A DNA stretch of 64,000 bases from Octopus sinensis (GCF_006345805.1 NC_043004.1:13330001-13394000), one strand, 5' to 3'. Positions 25,109 through 37,901 are shown, numbered from the stretch's first letter. Translations and numbers: made by a program. The notes: generated by a model from the sequence alone, not told the origin.

Positions 25109-27042
25109 AGGTGCAGGAGTGGCTGTGTGGTAAGAAGCTTGCTTCCGGTTCCGGTCGTTAATGTTTTTCACTGTACCATTGAGGTCCTCACGCTAGTGTG
25201 CAGCGGACAAAAATTGTATTTGAAAGACGCTCTACTGGAAGGTAAAACCTTTCCTGCTTATTAAGTCAAGTGAGATTCGTTGTTTGTAAGGTTTATGTTT
25301 TGTACAGGCAAGGGGTCCTCACTGGATTCTGAGCTTTTGGTCTGCCTGCAGTAGAGACGTGTGTTTTTCTCACTTAGCTGTGAGAACTGCTGTCTGGAGG
25401 CGTGTTTCGCCTCCACATTAATTTAATTTGAGAATGGGAGTTGACACCTCCCAAAGAGTGGCTTGAAGAGCTTGAAAGGAAGATGGTGGTTTTGAGGACT
25501 TACTCCAAGTCCCTCGACACCATAGCCGTCTTCCAGAAAATTAATTGAAAAACACTATATGCCAGCTATTAAATATATCTCTCGGGGGGTCAAATTTGCA
25601 ACGGTGTGGTTGCTGTTTGACTCCCTCGAATTCGCAAGCCAGCCCCTGGAGGGCAGGGAAATTTCGTTCCTTCTCACATATTGTAGGAAAAAGTTGACGA
25701 GGGCCTGGGTCTGTGGGTTGCCACCCGGAATTGAGCCCAAGTAGATAGAAGACTCTATCCGCCGGGATCTGTGTGGCAGCTGTGCAAAGCTACGCGGTGT
25801 GAACATTTTGCCTGCGGCTAATTGGAGGGGTCAAAAGCTGTTTTGATCCTATCAAATCAGCCGAAAATCTGGTATTTCCAGATTTTTTAAGATTGGCCGG
25901 GTCTAGGTATCCGGTGATGCTTGAGGGACGCCCCACCCCAAGTGTCACCTGTGCTGGGAGCCGGAGCATATCAAAAAGAATTGCCCGAAGGACCAAAATA
26001 AGGTCCTAGAGGAGTTAATCAAAATACCGTTCCCTGCTCCCTTAGTGAAGGAAGAAGGGTAGGAAGTCGAGGAGGTGGAAACCTCCTCGAAAAAAGGAAA
26101 GAAACGATAGGTGGGCAACAATTGTTGCCAACAAAACGATCCGATGGCTGCGGGAGGAAGGGAGGATCTGCTGGAGAAAGCAGGGGAACACCACCCTCCC
26201 GTGGTTCAAAGGAAAAAGAAGAAAAAAAGAAAATCGAGGCATTGCCGGCGTGTCCTGAAGAACCTTCGGTGGGAGTAGTGACACCGGAGGAGCAATTTGT
26301 GGTCCCCTTCCATAAGGGAGAGAGATTAGAAAACTTTATCAAAAAGTTTGAAAGGAAAGGCCAGTGGGAGGGGATTCTGTCTTGCACGGAGGACCCTGTG
26401 TGGTCTTTGTAGGTGGCTGTAGGTGTCGACTTCGACTGAGCGGATAGATAGATAGTTGAGGCCATATGAGAAACCGATCTGTGCAGGATAATGAATTCCT
26501 TCCTAGAGGAGAACTTTAGATTCGTGGCAAATTGGTCAGGCTTGGAACCGTCTAGATGCTTCAAAGAAGCGAGGAGCCTGGTCGGACAGGAAAGCATGTA
26601 ACTGATAATAAAAGTAAGAGACTTCGTGCCTCACTTTTATTGTATTTTTATTGTATTTCATTGAACTGTGTAAGGGGGTTTATTGCCTCATAAATGTTTT
26701 TCTTTTGTGAACTGTGTAAGATGTTTATTGCCTCGAGTATGAAATTTAAAAAGAACAATGATTTAGGGTAAACAGCAATCGCCGGGCATTGCTTGTTGCC
26801 CTCATTTTTCACCGTATCATTTGTCAGTCATATCATTATGTGTGTGTCCAGCCAGCAGCTTCCTTTCTGTATAAGACCCTTGAGGCCAATTAAATGAATA
26901 AAAGAAGTTTGCTTCCCAACTACATGGCCCCGCGTTCAGTCTCACTGCGTGACACCTTGGGCAAGTGTATTCTGCTATAGCCTCAGGCCGACTAAAAATT
27001 TCTGGATGGATATGGTAGACGGAAATTGAAATCCCACCGTCG

Positions 27043-27087
<45 letters not shown>

Positions 27088-27300
27088 ATTTGTTTTGTCT
27101 GTGGTTGTCCCCCCACCCTCGTTTGACAACCGATGCATGTGTGTTTACGTCTCCGTAACTTAGCGGTTCGAAAAAAGAGAACGATAGAATAACTACTAGT
27201 CTTACAAAGAATAAGTCCCGGGGTCGGGATTTGTTCTACAAAAGTCGGTGCTCCACCATAGCCGTAAATGACTGAAATAAGTAAAAGGACAAAAGAATAG
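25109..27300 (+). mobile_element. SINE family A/B (tRNA head, body, microsatellite and tail) interrupted at 25146/26902 by an ORF1-only retroelement
   Basis: The head AGGTGCAGGAGTGGCTGTGTGGTAAGAAGCTTGCTTCC (25109-25146) resumes as AAGAAGTTTGCTTCCCAACTACATGG...CACCTTGGGCAAGTGT at 26902. Compare the uninterrupted copies at 50190 and 60309. Confidence 0.88.
25147..26901 (+). mobile_element. ORF1-only (half-L1/Tx1-like) non-LTR element, copy 1; disrupted gag-like ORF1 with CCHC knuckle
   Basis: Reads VVLRTYSKSLDTIAVF...KFATVWLLFD...TRAWVCGLPPGIEP...CHLCWEPEHIKKNC (25943-25984). The ~300 bp 3' UTR ends in AATAAA. TSD AAGAAG(C/T)TTGCTTCC at 25132-25146 and 26902-26916. No RT or endonuclease sequence is visible. 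Confidence 0.82.
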
Positions 27301-27379
27301 ATTGAATATGTTAACAATTTTGGTTATTTCATCTATTTTGCAAAATATGTATTTGTACAAAGTAATATATACTATGTGA

Positions 27380-27605
27380 AGGCACATTGCCTAGAGGTTA
27401 GTGCAGCGGACTGGTCGCTGCGTATGCTTGTGAGCGAAACACCTAAGCTCCACGCAACTCCGGTAGAAGGTAATGGCGAAATTCTGCTGACTCTTTCGCC
27501 ACAACATACTCTCATTCTTTCCTCACCTGCGACGGATTGGCGTCCTGTCCAGGAGCGGAACCTAAACGCCAATGAAATCGGCTCTTATGAGCTAGCATGG
27601 ATCGA
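27380..27605 (+). mobile_element. tRNA-derived SINE with V-domain-like core
   Basis: Head CCTAGAGGTTAGTGCAGCGGACT; core CCTGCGACGGATTGGCGTCCTGTCCAGG resembles the V-SINE central domain. Confidence 0.5.
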
Positions 27606-27654
27606 GAACGAACAAACTACACAACAACTACATACGATGGTTATTGATTTCAAA

Positions 27655-27810
27655 TTTTGGTACAAGGCCAGAAATTTCGGAGGGAGTATATAAATCGATT
27701 ACATGGAACCCAACGTTCACTTGGTAGTAATGCTATTGACCCCCGAGAGGGTGAAGGGCAAAGTCGATCTCGACAAAATACCGCTAAGCATTTTGTCCAG
27801 CGCGGCTGTG
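27655..27810 (-). mobile_element. SINE family C (degenerate)
   Basis: AAGGCAAAGTCGA...AAATACCGCTAAGCATTTTGTCCAGCG. Confidence 0.65.
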
Positions 27811-28013
27811 CGTACGTGTGTGTATTAAGTTCTTTCATTCTTTGTAATCACAAACTTCAATTAATCCATCTTGTTATTGTCATCTGATTGTTCTCATTTT
27901 CCTTCTTCTCCGCTATATATTCATCTCATTGTATTTCAAGCCCTTACCATCAGAAACTATAGTCACTGAAGCTGAAATAATTCTTTAAGAATTAGTACGA
28001 TGTTGCTACTCGT

Positions 28014-28017
<4 letters not shown>

Positions 28018-28051
<34 letters not shown>

Positions 28052-28095
28052 TTATCAGCAGCACAGCAGCAGCAGCAGCAACTGACTGTAGTAGT
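28018..28095. repeat. (CAG)n microsatellite
   Basis: Direct reading. Confidence 0.95.
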
Positions 28096-28554
28096 AGTAG
28101 TTATGGTTGCTTTTCTTTGACATTTTATTTTATTGATTGTCCTTGTTGCAGTTGTTAGACTTCCCTCTGCGTTTTTCTTTCCTCTACATAACAGTGGCGT
28201 TTGCTCTGTTGTTATTTTCCTTCTTTTGTATTTTTTCGTTTTGCTTTGTTTGTTTTTGTTTTGCTTTCTTTTTTTGTTGTTGTTTTAAATTTGTATTTCT
28301 ATTGGATTGTTGGATGCTGTTAAATGATGTTGACGTTGCTGATAATGCTGTTGTCGCCATTGTAGCTTGTGTTGTTTTGTTGTTGCCTTTGTTTCTCCAA
28401 CTGAATGCAGTTGCTATTGTTTCGGTGGTACACCTTCACTATTATTGTTTTATTTTTTTAAAATTTTGTTCTAAATATTTGTTTACGACAAAACTTCCAT
28501 ATCACTCCATTTATTGTAATTTAAGTCGTAATGAATATCTTAAACTTCTATTTG

Positions 28555-28658
28555 TATTCTTCTTCTTCTTCTTCTTCTTCTTCTTCTTCTTCTTCTTCTT
28601 CTTCTTCTTCTCTTCTTCGTCTTCTTATTATTATCATCATCATTATCATCATTATTAC

Positions 28659-28707
<49 letters not shown>

Positions 28708-28735
28708 GTTATTATTATTATTATTATTATTATTT
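28555..28735. repeat. (TTC)n-(TTA)n compound microsatellite
   Basis: Direct reading. Confidence 0.95.
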
Positions 28736-29595
28736 AATGCTTTGATTTATAAAATAATTGGTTTGTAATGTTGTTCGTGTGCTTTCGGGATTTATTTAGC
28801 AATTTTTGTATTATGTTTCATTCGAATTTTGCTTTACTTTCTTTCTTTCTTTCTTTCTTTCTTTCCAGAGGTGCATGTTTTTATTTTATTTATTTCTCTT
28901 ATTAAAAAAAAAAATAATATTTATTTAATTCTTTTTGTTATTGTTAGTTTTACTACGTTTGCTTTGATAGATAGAATAATTTCAGATTGAAGGCAAAACA
29001 GAAATAGTGAAAAGAAGAAATTAAGCTAGAATTACAAAAGCAAGAACAGAAAAAAGAAAGGAAAGAAAAAAACGTTAAATAAGGAACTACATAAAAAAAA
29101 CAAACAATAAAACAAAACAAAACCGGGAAGTATAACAATGAAAACGGAAAATATTAATAACAAACAAAAGAACGAAATAACAATGTTACTAGCAATAGAG
29201 AAACATTTTAAAAGTTTAGTCAGAATTCTTTTCAAGAATGGTTTGAATTCGTGAAAGGGGATAATCAAATTTCTGGAAATTCATTGAATTCATGCAGGCA
29301 TTTAAAACTGTTGTCCTACTTGAACCTTGCAAACAAAAATGTCAAGCGATTCTTTTATAAATTTACCAGCTCTCTAACAAGCAACACTATTCCCAGAAAT
29401 TCTACTGGAGCCATTATAGAATAGGCAGAATTCCGAAAAAATCCAAATTACAAAGAAAAACAAGAATGATAAAACTATTCTTGAATTACAGTTGGCATAA
29501 TAAAAACAAAGCTGTATTTGGCTTTACACATCAATGCATGCGTGTACATCGCCACACATAAATACATGCATTCACAGAAAGATAGATAGATAGAC

Positions 29596-29643
<48 letters not shown>

Positions 29644-29849
29644 AAGTACAAAAGCACTAAAGTCTCGGCCTTTGAGGTACTCTGCAACATCTGTCGATCA
29701 AAAGAAACAATCGCACATGCACGCACACAAACACAGACAAACATTACATGTGTGTGTGTGTGTGTTTATATATGTATGTATAAAAGACTAAAGAATATAT
29801 TAGAATCACAATAGCAAAAGTATTATACAATATTTTACAAAATAAGGAT

Positions 29850-30950
29850 TTTTCTTCCAACATAATAACCGGCTTCGTTATCGCTTTTCAAATTATGAGT
29901 CTTGGATGAATTTATGAATTAGATATTTTGGTAACCGAGGTATTTTGCAGTAAAGGAGAGGTAAATCTGTAATTTTTTATACTGGTCTACATTTGATTCT
30001 TACAATAGATGGGGTAAATCTTTAATTTTCAATATGGGTTTGTAATTAAATTCCGGCTTATATTTTTCGATTAATGAGGCCTCTTAATTTAGTTGTACTT
30101 GTGTTGAGATCCCAGTAGCACATTGATATAATTGGAAGATTAGGAATTGTGGTTACAGTTCTTCTCCACATCTGTCAATGTGCTCACTGAGATGTATCTG
30201 GCAATATTGTGGGAAGGATATCTGTTGTCTATGGACCATACATCTCAGGAATGATGACACCTTGTTCTCTGAACCGGAATGTTCTTAAAATCTAAGGTCT
30301 GATGTTACGAACTATATGGACATTATTGTTGATGTGCACCCCAGCTCAGATTTTTGTTAGCAATTACTACCAGTTCTCTGATATTATAAATGCTGTTAAT
30401 GGTTATCTAGAAGGAAGAGAATATAGTTGTTTTAGCATTTTCCAAAAATGCATCAGTTCAAATTTTCCCGCATTTTGTGTTTCTCTACCTATTAACTTAC
30501 GACATGTAGATGAAACTGGACTTAAATTCGGTCTTTTTATAATCTTCTGTAGCTTGGAGTCACCGGAGGATATTTTTATTTTGATGTGTTTGATGACACT
30601 TCAAATGTCATTTATATGCATTATAAACGGAAGAGGGGCCGACACAATCCCATGGGGGACACAATTGGTAACTTTTACTGGACTTGAATGGATTCCACTG
30701 ACCACAACATGTATTTCGTCCTCCAGGAAATGCTCGGTCCAATTTAGTAGTTATCAACGGATTCCAATATTTGACAATTTTGAGAGTAGGCTGTTGTGGT
30801 CGGCTCTGTCGAACGCTTTACTGAAGTCAAGATATATAAAATCAGATTTTGAACCTAATTCCAAGGCTTTAAAGACATCATCGATGTACTGTAAGAGCTG
30901 TGTTAGATAGTTCCTGCCTCAGCTAAAGCCATGCTGGTTTTAATTTAGAA
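29850..30950 (-). mobile_element. CR1-clade LINE RT fragment (the + strand 202-aa ORF is its antisense shadow)
   Basis: Minus-strand TQLLQYIDDVFKALELGSKSDFIYLDFSKAFDRADHNSLLSKL...VPHGIVSAPLPFIMHIND...SGDSKL. Confidence 0.85.
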
Positions 30951-30959
30951 GATTATATA

Positions 30960-31632
30960 TATGCATGTTCTGGGTACTATTTTTTCTGCTTACATTACCA
31001 AACCTACATATAAGAATACAACCTCCTGATGATGATTGCATAAGACAAATGAACGGACACAGAACGTGAACACCAAGATGAAGGAAAAAATTTCCGCCGA
31101 ATATTCCAGAAAAGGGAAAAAGCTATGTAGTTTCAAACTGCCTTTATGAAACTTGATCAAAGACAACACTGCTTGGACTGTATATATGCTAAACTACTGA
31201 ACGGGAGTTGTGATGGACAAGAGTGGAACAGGTCAGCATGGACAAGACAACTAATAAGATAATGGCCATGGATGAGTGTTTCTGTAATTGACGTAATGCA
31301 GCAAAGATTTGTTAACCTAGTAATAAAGAAGATTGGGTGGCGCAAAAGATAGCGTTGTGAAGGAGAACAAGTTCTTGCATGCCTATCTGAGAGGTTGCGA
31401 TGAAAGAATGTTGCAGGCCACACTGACTGAGAAGATGATTAATGACAATGTTGACAACCTCTATGGGTACCAAATGAGAGCTAATGGTATAAAGATCGTC
31501 AATCGGAAATAGAAAGTCCAACTCAGGGAGCTTTCCCAACAAACATTGGATGAAGCTGATGAAGAATCTTGGAAATGTTTAAAACATGGTGGTTTAAAGG
31601 AGACAGAATGCTCAAGGACAAGTTTTGCGAAT
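30960..31632 (+). mobile_element. R4/Dong-like retroelement fragment (RT C-terminal region)
   Basis: Reads ...LSQQTLDEADEESWKCLKHGGLKETE, matching the region just upstream of the AAQDQ motif in the 47570 copy. Confidence 0.6.
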
Positions 31633-31635
31633 CAG

Positions 31636-31783
<148 letters not shown>

Positions 31784-32294
31784 ATATTGGAAACAGTTTG
31801 GGTATGCTTTATTCACCATTACTCACATCTAGTTCATTTGATACTAGGGGCTGGAGTTTCGAAATTGTACATGTAATAGCGATATTTCTTATTTGAAATT
31901 CTTAAGACAAAGAATCAAACAATACTTGTAATATTATTCGATTCTCAGTCTTAATGATTTCTAACAATTGAAATCTTATATGCATTCAATTACGTATGCG
32001 GTTTTATAACTCCAATTAGCAAATGAAATACGTGTAATGGTTTTTAAATTATACAAAAAACTTCTTTCGGTCTCCGGTTTTGACATATAATAAGTCTGTA
32101 GAAAATAATTTTTCAGTAATTGCAACTCCTATGCATTCCTAACATGAATATTATATTTACGTACTGATTTCGAATACTAGCGGATTGGGTTAAAATATCA
32201 GAACATAGCTGACATTTTAACCCAAACCGCATTTTATATATAGAAATATATATATATATATATATATTTATTTATTTATTTATTTATATTTATA

Positions 32295-32500
32295 TATCTT
32301 TTACTTGTTTCAGTCATTTGACTGCGGCCATGCTGGAACACCACTTTTAGTCGAACAAATCGACCCCACGACTTATTCTCTGTAAGCCTATTACTTATTC
32401 TATCACTCATTTTTGCCTAACCGCTAAGTTACGGGGACGTAAACACACCAGCATCGGTTGTCAAGCGATGTTGGGGACAAACACAGACACAGAAACATAT
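32295..32500 (-). mobile_element. SINE tail (family B)
   Basis: CCGCTAAGTTACGGGGACGTAAACACACCAGCATCGGTTGTCAAGCGATGTTGGGG. Confidence 0.85.
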
Positions 32501-33906
32501 ACACACACATAATATATATATATATAATATATATATATATATATCCATCCATATTTGTTAACGGTTATTTTTAATACTTTTCTCGCTGGATTACGTGTTC
32601 GTCTCTCTTTTTGCCATTTGTGATTTTATTTTTGAACTTCTATATAAATGAAGATATTTCCTCTGTCTGGCTGCTTTTCTTTCTACAAAACGAAAAGTCA
32701 CATTGCAGAACTATTACTTCAACCTGAAAAATCAGCGTATTGGACTTACGAGAATTTTGCATAATAGGAACGATATATATAAACGAACAATTACAGTGAA
32801 ATCCGTGAAGGTAGAGTCAGTAGATCCTGTGGTAATCCGGATGGAGTGCTGGTATGTAGATGAGGTGACGTGCTGAAACTCCAGGAAGTTGCTCAGATAT
32901 GCAAGTCCAAAGATTAAGAAGTTCTGTCAGGACCAAGCTGGACCGCTGAAATCTCCAAGTTTTTTTTCATTCTCTCTCTGCTTATACTCTCTTATTCCTT
33001 TCTTTTGAAGATTGTAGGCCCGAAATGTAAAATACTTTTTCATTCTTCTCGAGCATCAAACTAGTACACTTGCTTCTTGTCCAAACACCTGTCTTCGTCT
33101 TGAAATTTCAACATCAACACAGAGTAATTTAGAACATATAGATTAATTTCATAACATCTTTGATGGGTTTTAAAGTCAAACACATGGAAACAATGGGTTC
33201 AATTTGAAATGGAGATATTTCAATTACCAGTGAGTGAATAAATATCATATTATGGTATATTGCACTTAACCACCTGCATGTTTACCTTTTAAAATATAAT
33301 GAAATGATATAGCGATAATGTTTCTCGTATTGGCCATTATTCAACGGAGCTCGAACGGGTTTAGCCAAAGAAGATTGATGTACCTGTTGCAGTAGTCCTT
33401 ATTCTGTGTTGACACATAAGAAATAAAATATTGTTTAAAGATCAAAGATAAGTATCTGCTTTAAGAATATTGCTTGTCGTTATAAATCCATTCGATCAAT
33501 CTCCCTAAAATACATTTACTGGAAAATATCATTACGTTACTCTACCCAGAAATAATTTATTTAGTGCTCCTTAAATATTTTTAGTGATCTTCTGTTTGCC
33601 GACCCTTTACTGCTTACGAGCCACTTCTAAATGCTGAGATATTATTGTTGTCCTTAAGAATTACATTGCATTCTACTCATAAATGCTTTCACGTTATCTG
33701 ATGTTGTAAACTGTTCATCTTTTTAGTGAAAATTTTTACTATTTCACAAACCGTTAAATGATTAGTTGCTAGCATAAAGCAATCGGGTGCTATATTATCG
33801 GAATTTTGGCGAATGACCGCTATTATATTTTCAAGGCATTAACTAAAATATAGTTATACGTTTCATATATTGGCTACAAGAACCGTTATTGATAGATAGC
33901 AGTATT

Positions 33907-33960
33907 TACCAAGGAATTGTATTCATGCGATCCGACAGACTTCGTCTGCGACGATATGAC
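33907..33960 (-). CDS. Putative terminal coding exon (R)SYRRRRSLSDRMNTIPW*
   Basis: Acceptor TTTATTAAATAATACAG at 33961; phase 2 matches the upstream exon 35692-35771. It ends TGG TAA (or a TTG|GTAAAT donor). AATAAA occurs on the minus strand near 33556. Confidence 0.55.
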
Positions 33961-35691
33961 CTGTATTATTTAATAAAAGAAAGCAGACTAGAAAACATAA
34001 CGTTTCGAATAGTCTTTCTTCAAGGAAAACGTGACTACAAATGCAGGACTTCTTTCACCACTATATATCTCTGAATTTCTTTCTACACTTTATTCCTTCT
34101 CAAAGCAGTATTACTTCTTTCGTTATTGCATTCCATCTTACATAGCACAGTGAACATCAGATTTTCATAATATTGCCGTATACCAAACATTCGATACTCT
34201 CTTCCTTTCTACTCCATTCTCCTCCATATTTGATTTGTGATTTGTAAGCATCAACAGTTGATGTTCGGTATTGACCCGAAAATATTCATCCTCTTACATC
34301 TAATTTATCTTAGAATTTCATGTAAAATTTGTTTTGAAAGTTTCTGCTATTCGAATTAAAGGCGGAAAACATCTATAATTGTTGTTTATATAACACATGC
34401 TCGCCACTAACAAGATTAGTGCTATGTAGCATAAGCCTAGTCTACGACTAATTTATGAGTGGAATATATTGACTGTCACTTATCTATTCTTGAGCATGTG
34501 GAAATAGTTTCAGAATTATATATTTTCAACGCCAACAGATACATATTTAAGTGAATTTCCTTAGAATATATGCATGTGTGGTACAATTCTCCTACGCGGT
34601 ATGTTCTAACATACCTCCGGGATGACCAAAACCTTGTGGTTTAAATTTTATAGAGGGAAAGATTATGGCAAAAGAGCCAGATGGGCGAAGGCGCCAGCGG
34701 TTACTGTTCAGTCCACAATACTACAATGTTTCTATGGCTATGACAATTAACTCAACAATTAAATCCGACTGATTAGAACTGTAATGTACAAGAAATGCAT
34801 TGTAGCCGTAGATAACTAACATAAATCAGATTTACATTGACTGTTCCATACATCAAACAGTATTTCATTGTGAATTCAATTTCTACCGGTTCCACACTGT
34901 TAAAAATTCTATACTTCCACTGATGACGTTTAGAACCAATAAACATACCTGATGTTGTTTTGTCGCAGGTGGGAAAATGATTTTAATCATTTATTCAACA
35001 ACCTTGTGTCCTCCGTATTCAATCCTACATTTCTATAATACAGCCCCTAGAATTAAAAATGCTAAAAATGTCTGATCTGTATCTACATATACTATGAAGG
35101 TGATGGTTAAGGTGTATTTCATGTTAAAGCAATACTATTCTATCAGTTACACTTTGATTCTAAGGCATAACATACTTCAAATTCAGCCGAGATTCACTTC
35201 GCTTTACATTTTGCTGGATCGAAGGAAAATGAAGCGCTAACTAAATTTTCGATTTAATCGATTGATTCTGGTTTCTCCCCAGTTTCGTCATGCACCATAT
35301 ATAGCTGAAAAACGCGAGAGAATGTTCATAATACTGTACACATTATATGTGTTGATTCTTTTTATTTTTTAATCAAAACGGCGATCAGTATCTCAGAAAC
35401 TTTGATACTGGTGAGAGCGAAAGTATCTTCAAAATGGAAACCGAGCCCAAGCTTTTTTTTAATAAAGAGTCATGTGTTGGCGTTAAAACGAACAACGGAT
35501 TAAAACTACTCTCCAAGTAGACCAGGATGAGATTTTTCTCAAAACACAGCGAGAATATAGGTCGGACCTTTTTACAGTTCGGCTTATCAACTGTGCTTAT
35601 TGGTACATTTCTGTCGACTCCGAAAATAGTGAAAGAATAAACCAAACTCGGTAAAATTGAAATCGAGCGAGCAGAGATCTAGAATACTCAC

Positions 35692-35771
35692 CGCCAGTCC
35701 CTCTGTCGATGCTCCAGGTATTCTAGAATACTGTCAGCGTAATCAGCAACGGCCATAGTATCATAGGATTC
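35692..35771 (-). CDS. Putative coding exon ESYDTMAVADYADSILEYLEHRQRDW(R); protein not recognised
   Basis: Acceptor CCACTTTTCTTTACAG and donor GTGAGT are both near-consensus. Only one frame is open, and the internal ATG has strong context (ACTATGG). Confidence 0.6.
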
Positions 35772-36329
35772 CTGTAAAGAAAAGTGGTACCTTCTTTTAA
35801 GACCTATGAAAAGGCACAACGATAGAGCAAACTATCCAGAAATATAAGGGATATATATTGAACGGCCTGACGTTGGTTAAGGGAATTTAGTTAAAATGAA
35901 AATTAGAAATTGCTCTGAAGGTAAGGATTCAAACTAGATGTTGGTAATTTGTGTTTCAACTTTTAAAGATTCCGATTTCTGTGAGTTCTTCAGCAGCCTT
36001 CAAGGTTTTACGAAAACAATTAGATATATGCCAAACAAATAGACAGTGTACGCAGTAAAGAAAATAACTACTTGCATGAAATCATTTCAGTTCAGTAGAA
36101 CTGTAAATGTTTATTCAGATGGATTTCTTAACTGCATTTATTAGGAGAAGTAGGAATTAACGAGCAAACGGTTAATGAATCAGATTGCTCAAGGGAAGTA
36201 AAAGACAAGAGAAAAATAATTAAATGACAAAATTATTCAGTCTTGTTTAAAACATGAAATAATGTTTCAGATGAGTTTTCTTTACATATTTCACTTTTGT
36301 AACCTGTTCTGTGTGCGGCCACAGAAACA

Positions 36330-36639
36330 TCTACGTATGCAGACACACATATACGCATGCATGTGTGTGTGTGTATGTGTGTATATGGATAGGTAGATAG
36401 AGAGAGAGAGAGAAAGATAGATAGAGTGAGTGAGGGAGATGTACAAGAGCATTTTTATATATATATACATATATATATATGTATGTACGCACGTATGTAT
36501 GTATGTATGTATGCATAAGACTGTTGGTTAAGTTGCTTAAATCATCGATTTTGTGCGAGGATGTTTTGAATGTGCGTGCTTATGTTGATGCATGCGTAAA
36601 ACTCAATATAATATGTGCATGCAGAAATTCACGCACGTT

Positions 36640-36678
<39 letters not shown>

Positions 36679-36823
36679 ACATAGGCACACACACACACAC
36701 ACAACACACACACACACACACATACACACATAGGCACACACACACACACACAAACACACGCACATATACATATATACATATATGTATGTACGTTATGTGT
36801 ATGTATATATACATACATGTTTA

Positions 36824-36875
<52 letters not shown>

Positions 36876-37664
36876 TGATATCTATTTATATACATACATA
36901 TATGGATATATCGATAATTATAGATATGCGTACACGTCTTTTGTTTTGTGTTGTTTTTAGCAAATTCCAACTATATATATATATATATACATATATACAC
37001 ATATATATATATATATATGTGTGTGTATATATGTGAATGTATCTATGTAAGTATGTATGCATGTACGTATGTATAAGCGAGTGAATGCGAACTTAGATAA
37101 TGCTGTGATCTTGACTACAATGTATTCGGTTTTCGCTTTGCTTCTATATCTATATATTATGTAATTTAGTATTTTTGTCTTTCTGCAAGAGATTCTATAT
37201 ATCTTACAGATGCGTTTTCTATATTTTGGGAATTATGTTTTTTTTTTTTTTCAACGTATATATGTCTACGAACATGAATCTCTATGTGAGTAGATGAGAT
37301 ATCTGTTTAATCATTGCTGTGCGAATAAATATGCCACACCAATGTCTGAAACTGAGCTGATTAGTGTATTCGTACCAGTCTGACATTTACATATATTCTG
37401 TACATGAATGTGCAAGCGACTACGTTACTATCTATGCGTGCGCACGCGTGTTTGTATGTGCGTGTGTATGTGTGTGTGTGTGTGTGTATGAAACAATTTG
37501 AAGCAATGAATGTTTCTCTATTAATCTTCATTTGACTAAATATCTGTTTTCGTCAGATTTATACATACATATACTATACGTATGTATGTGTGTATGTATG
37601 TATGTATACATATATCTGCATATATATACATACATATGTATATGGATATCTGGATATATACATG

Positions 37665-37696
<32 letters not shown>

Positions 37697-37730
37697 ATAT
37701 ATATATCTGTTGCTAAAAGTATATGGCTAA

Positions 37731-37790
<60 letters not shown>

Positions 37791-37855
37791 CATGCAGAGA
37801 GAGAGAGAGAGTGCGTGAGTTTGTGTGCGCATGGCGTATGTATATATATATACAC

Positions 37856-37897
<42 letters not shown>

Positions 37898-37901
37898 GAA
37901 C

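Noticed and set aside
25240-25310. Conserved AAG|GTAA donor-like site and downstream AG in the 5' UTR of both half-Tx1 copies
   Set aside because: An efficiently spliced intron should be lost on retrotransposition; it is retained in both copies, so there is no support for splicing.
26019-26597. 192-aa minus-strand ORF
   Set aside because: It is antisense to the ORF1 of half-Tx1 copy 1.
27948-27971. 24-nt micro-exon candidate (xSVTIVSD), plus similar ones at 31815-31838 and near 33380-33400
   Set aside because: Good splice dinucleotides, but they cannot be chained in phase without stops; chance matches are expected in AT-rich DNA.
30302-30910. 202-aa + strand ORF
   Set aside because: It is the antisense shadow of a CR1 RT fragment on the minus strand.
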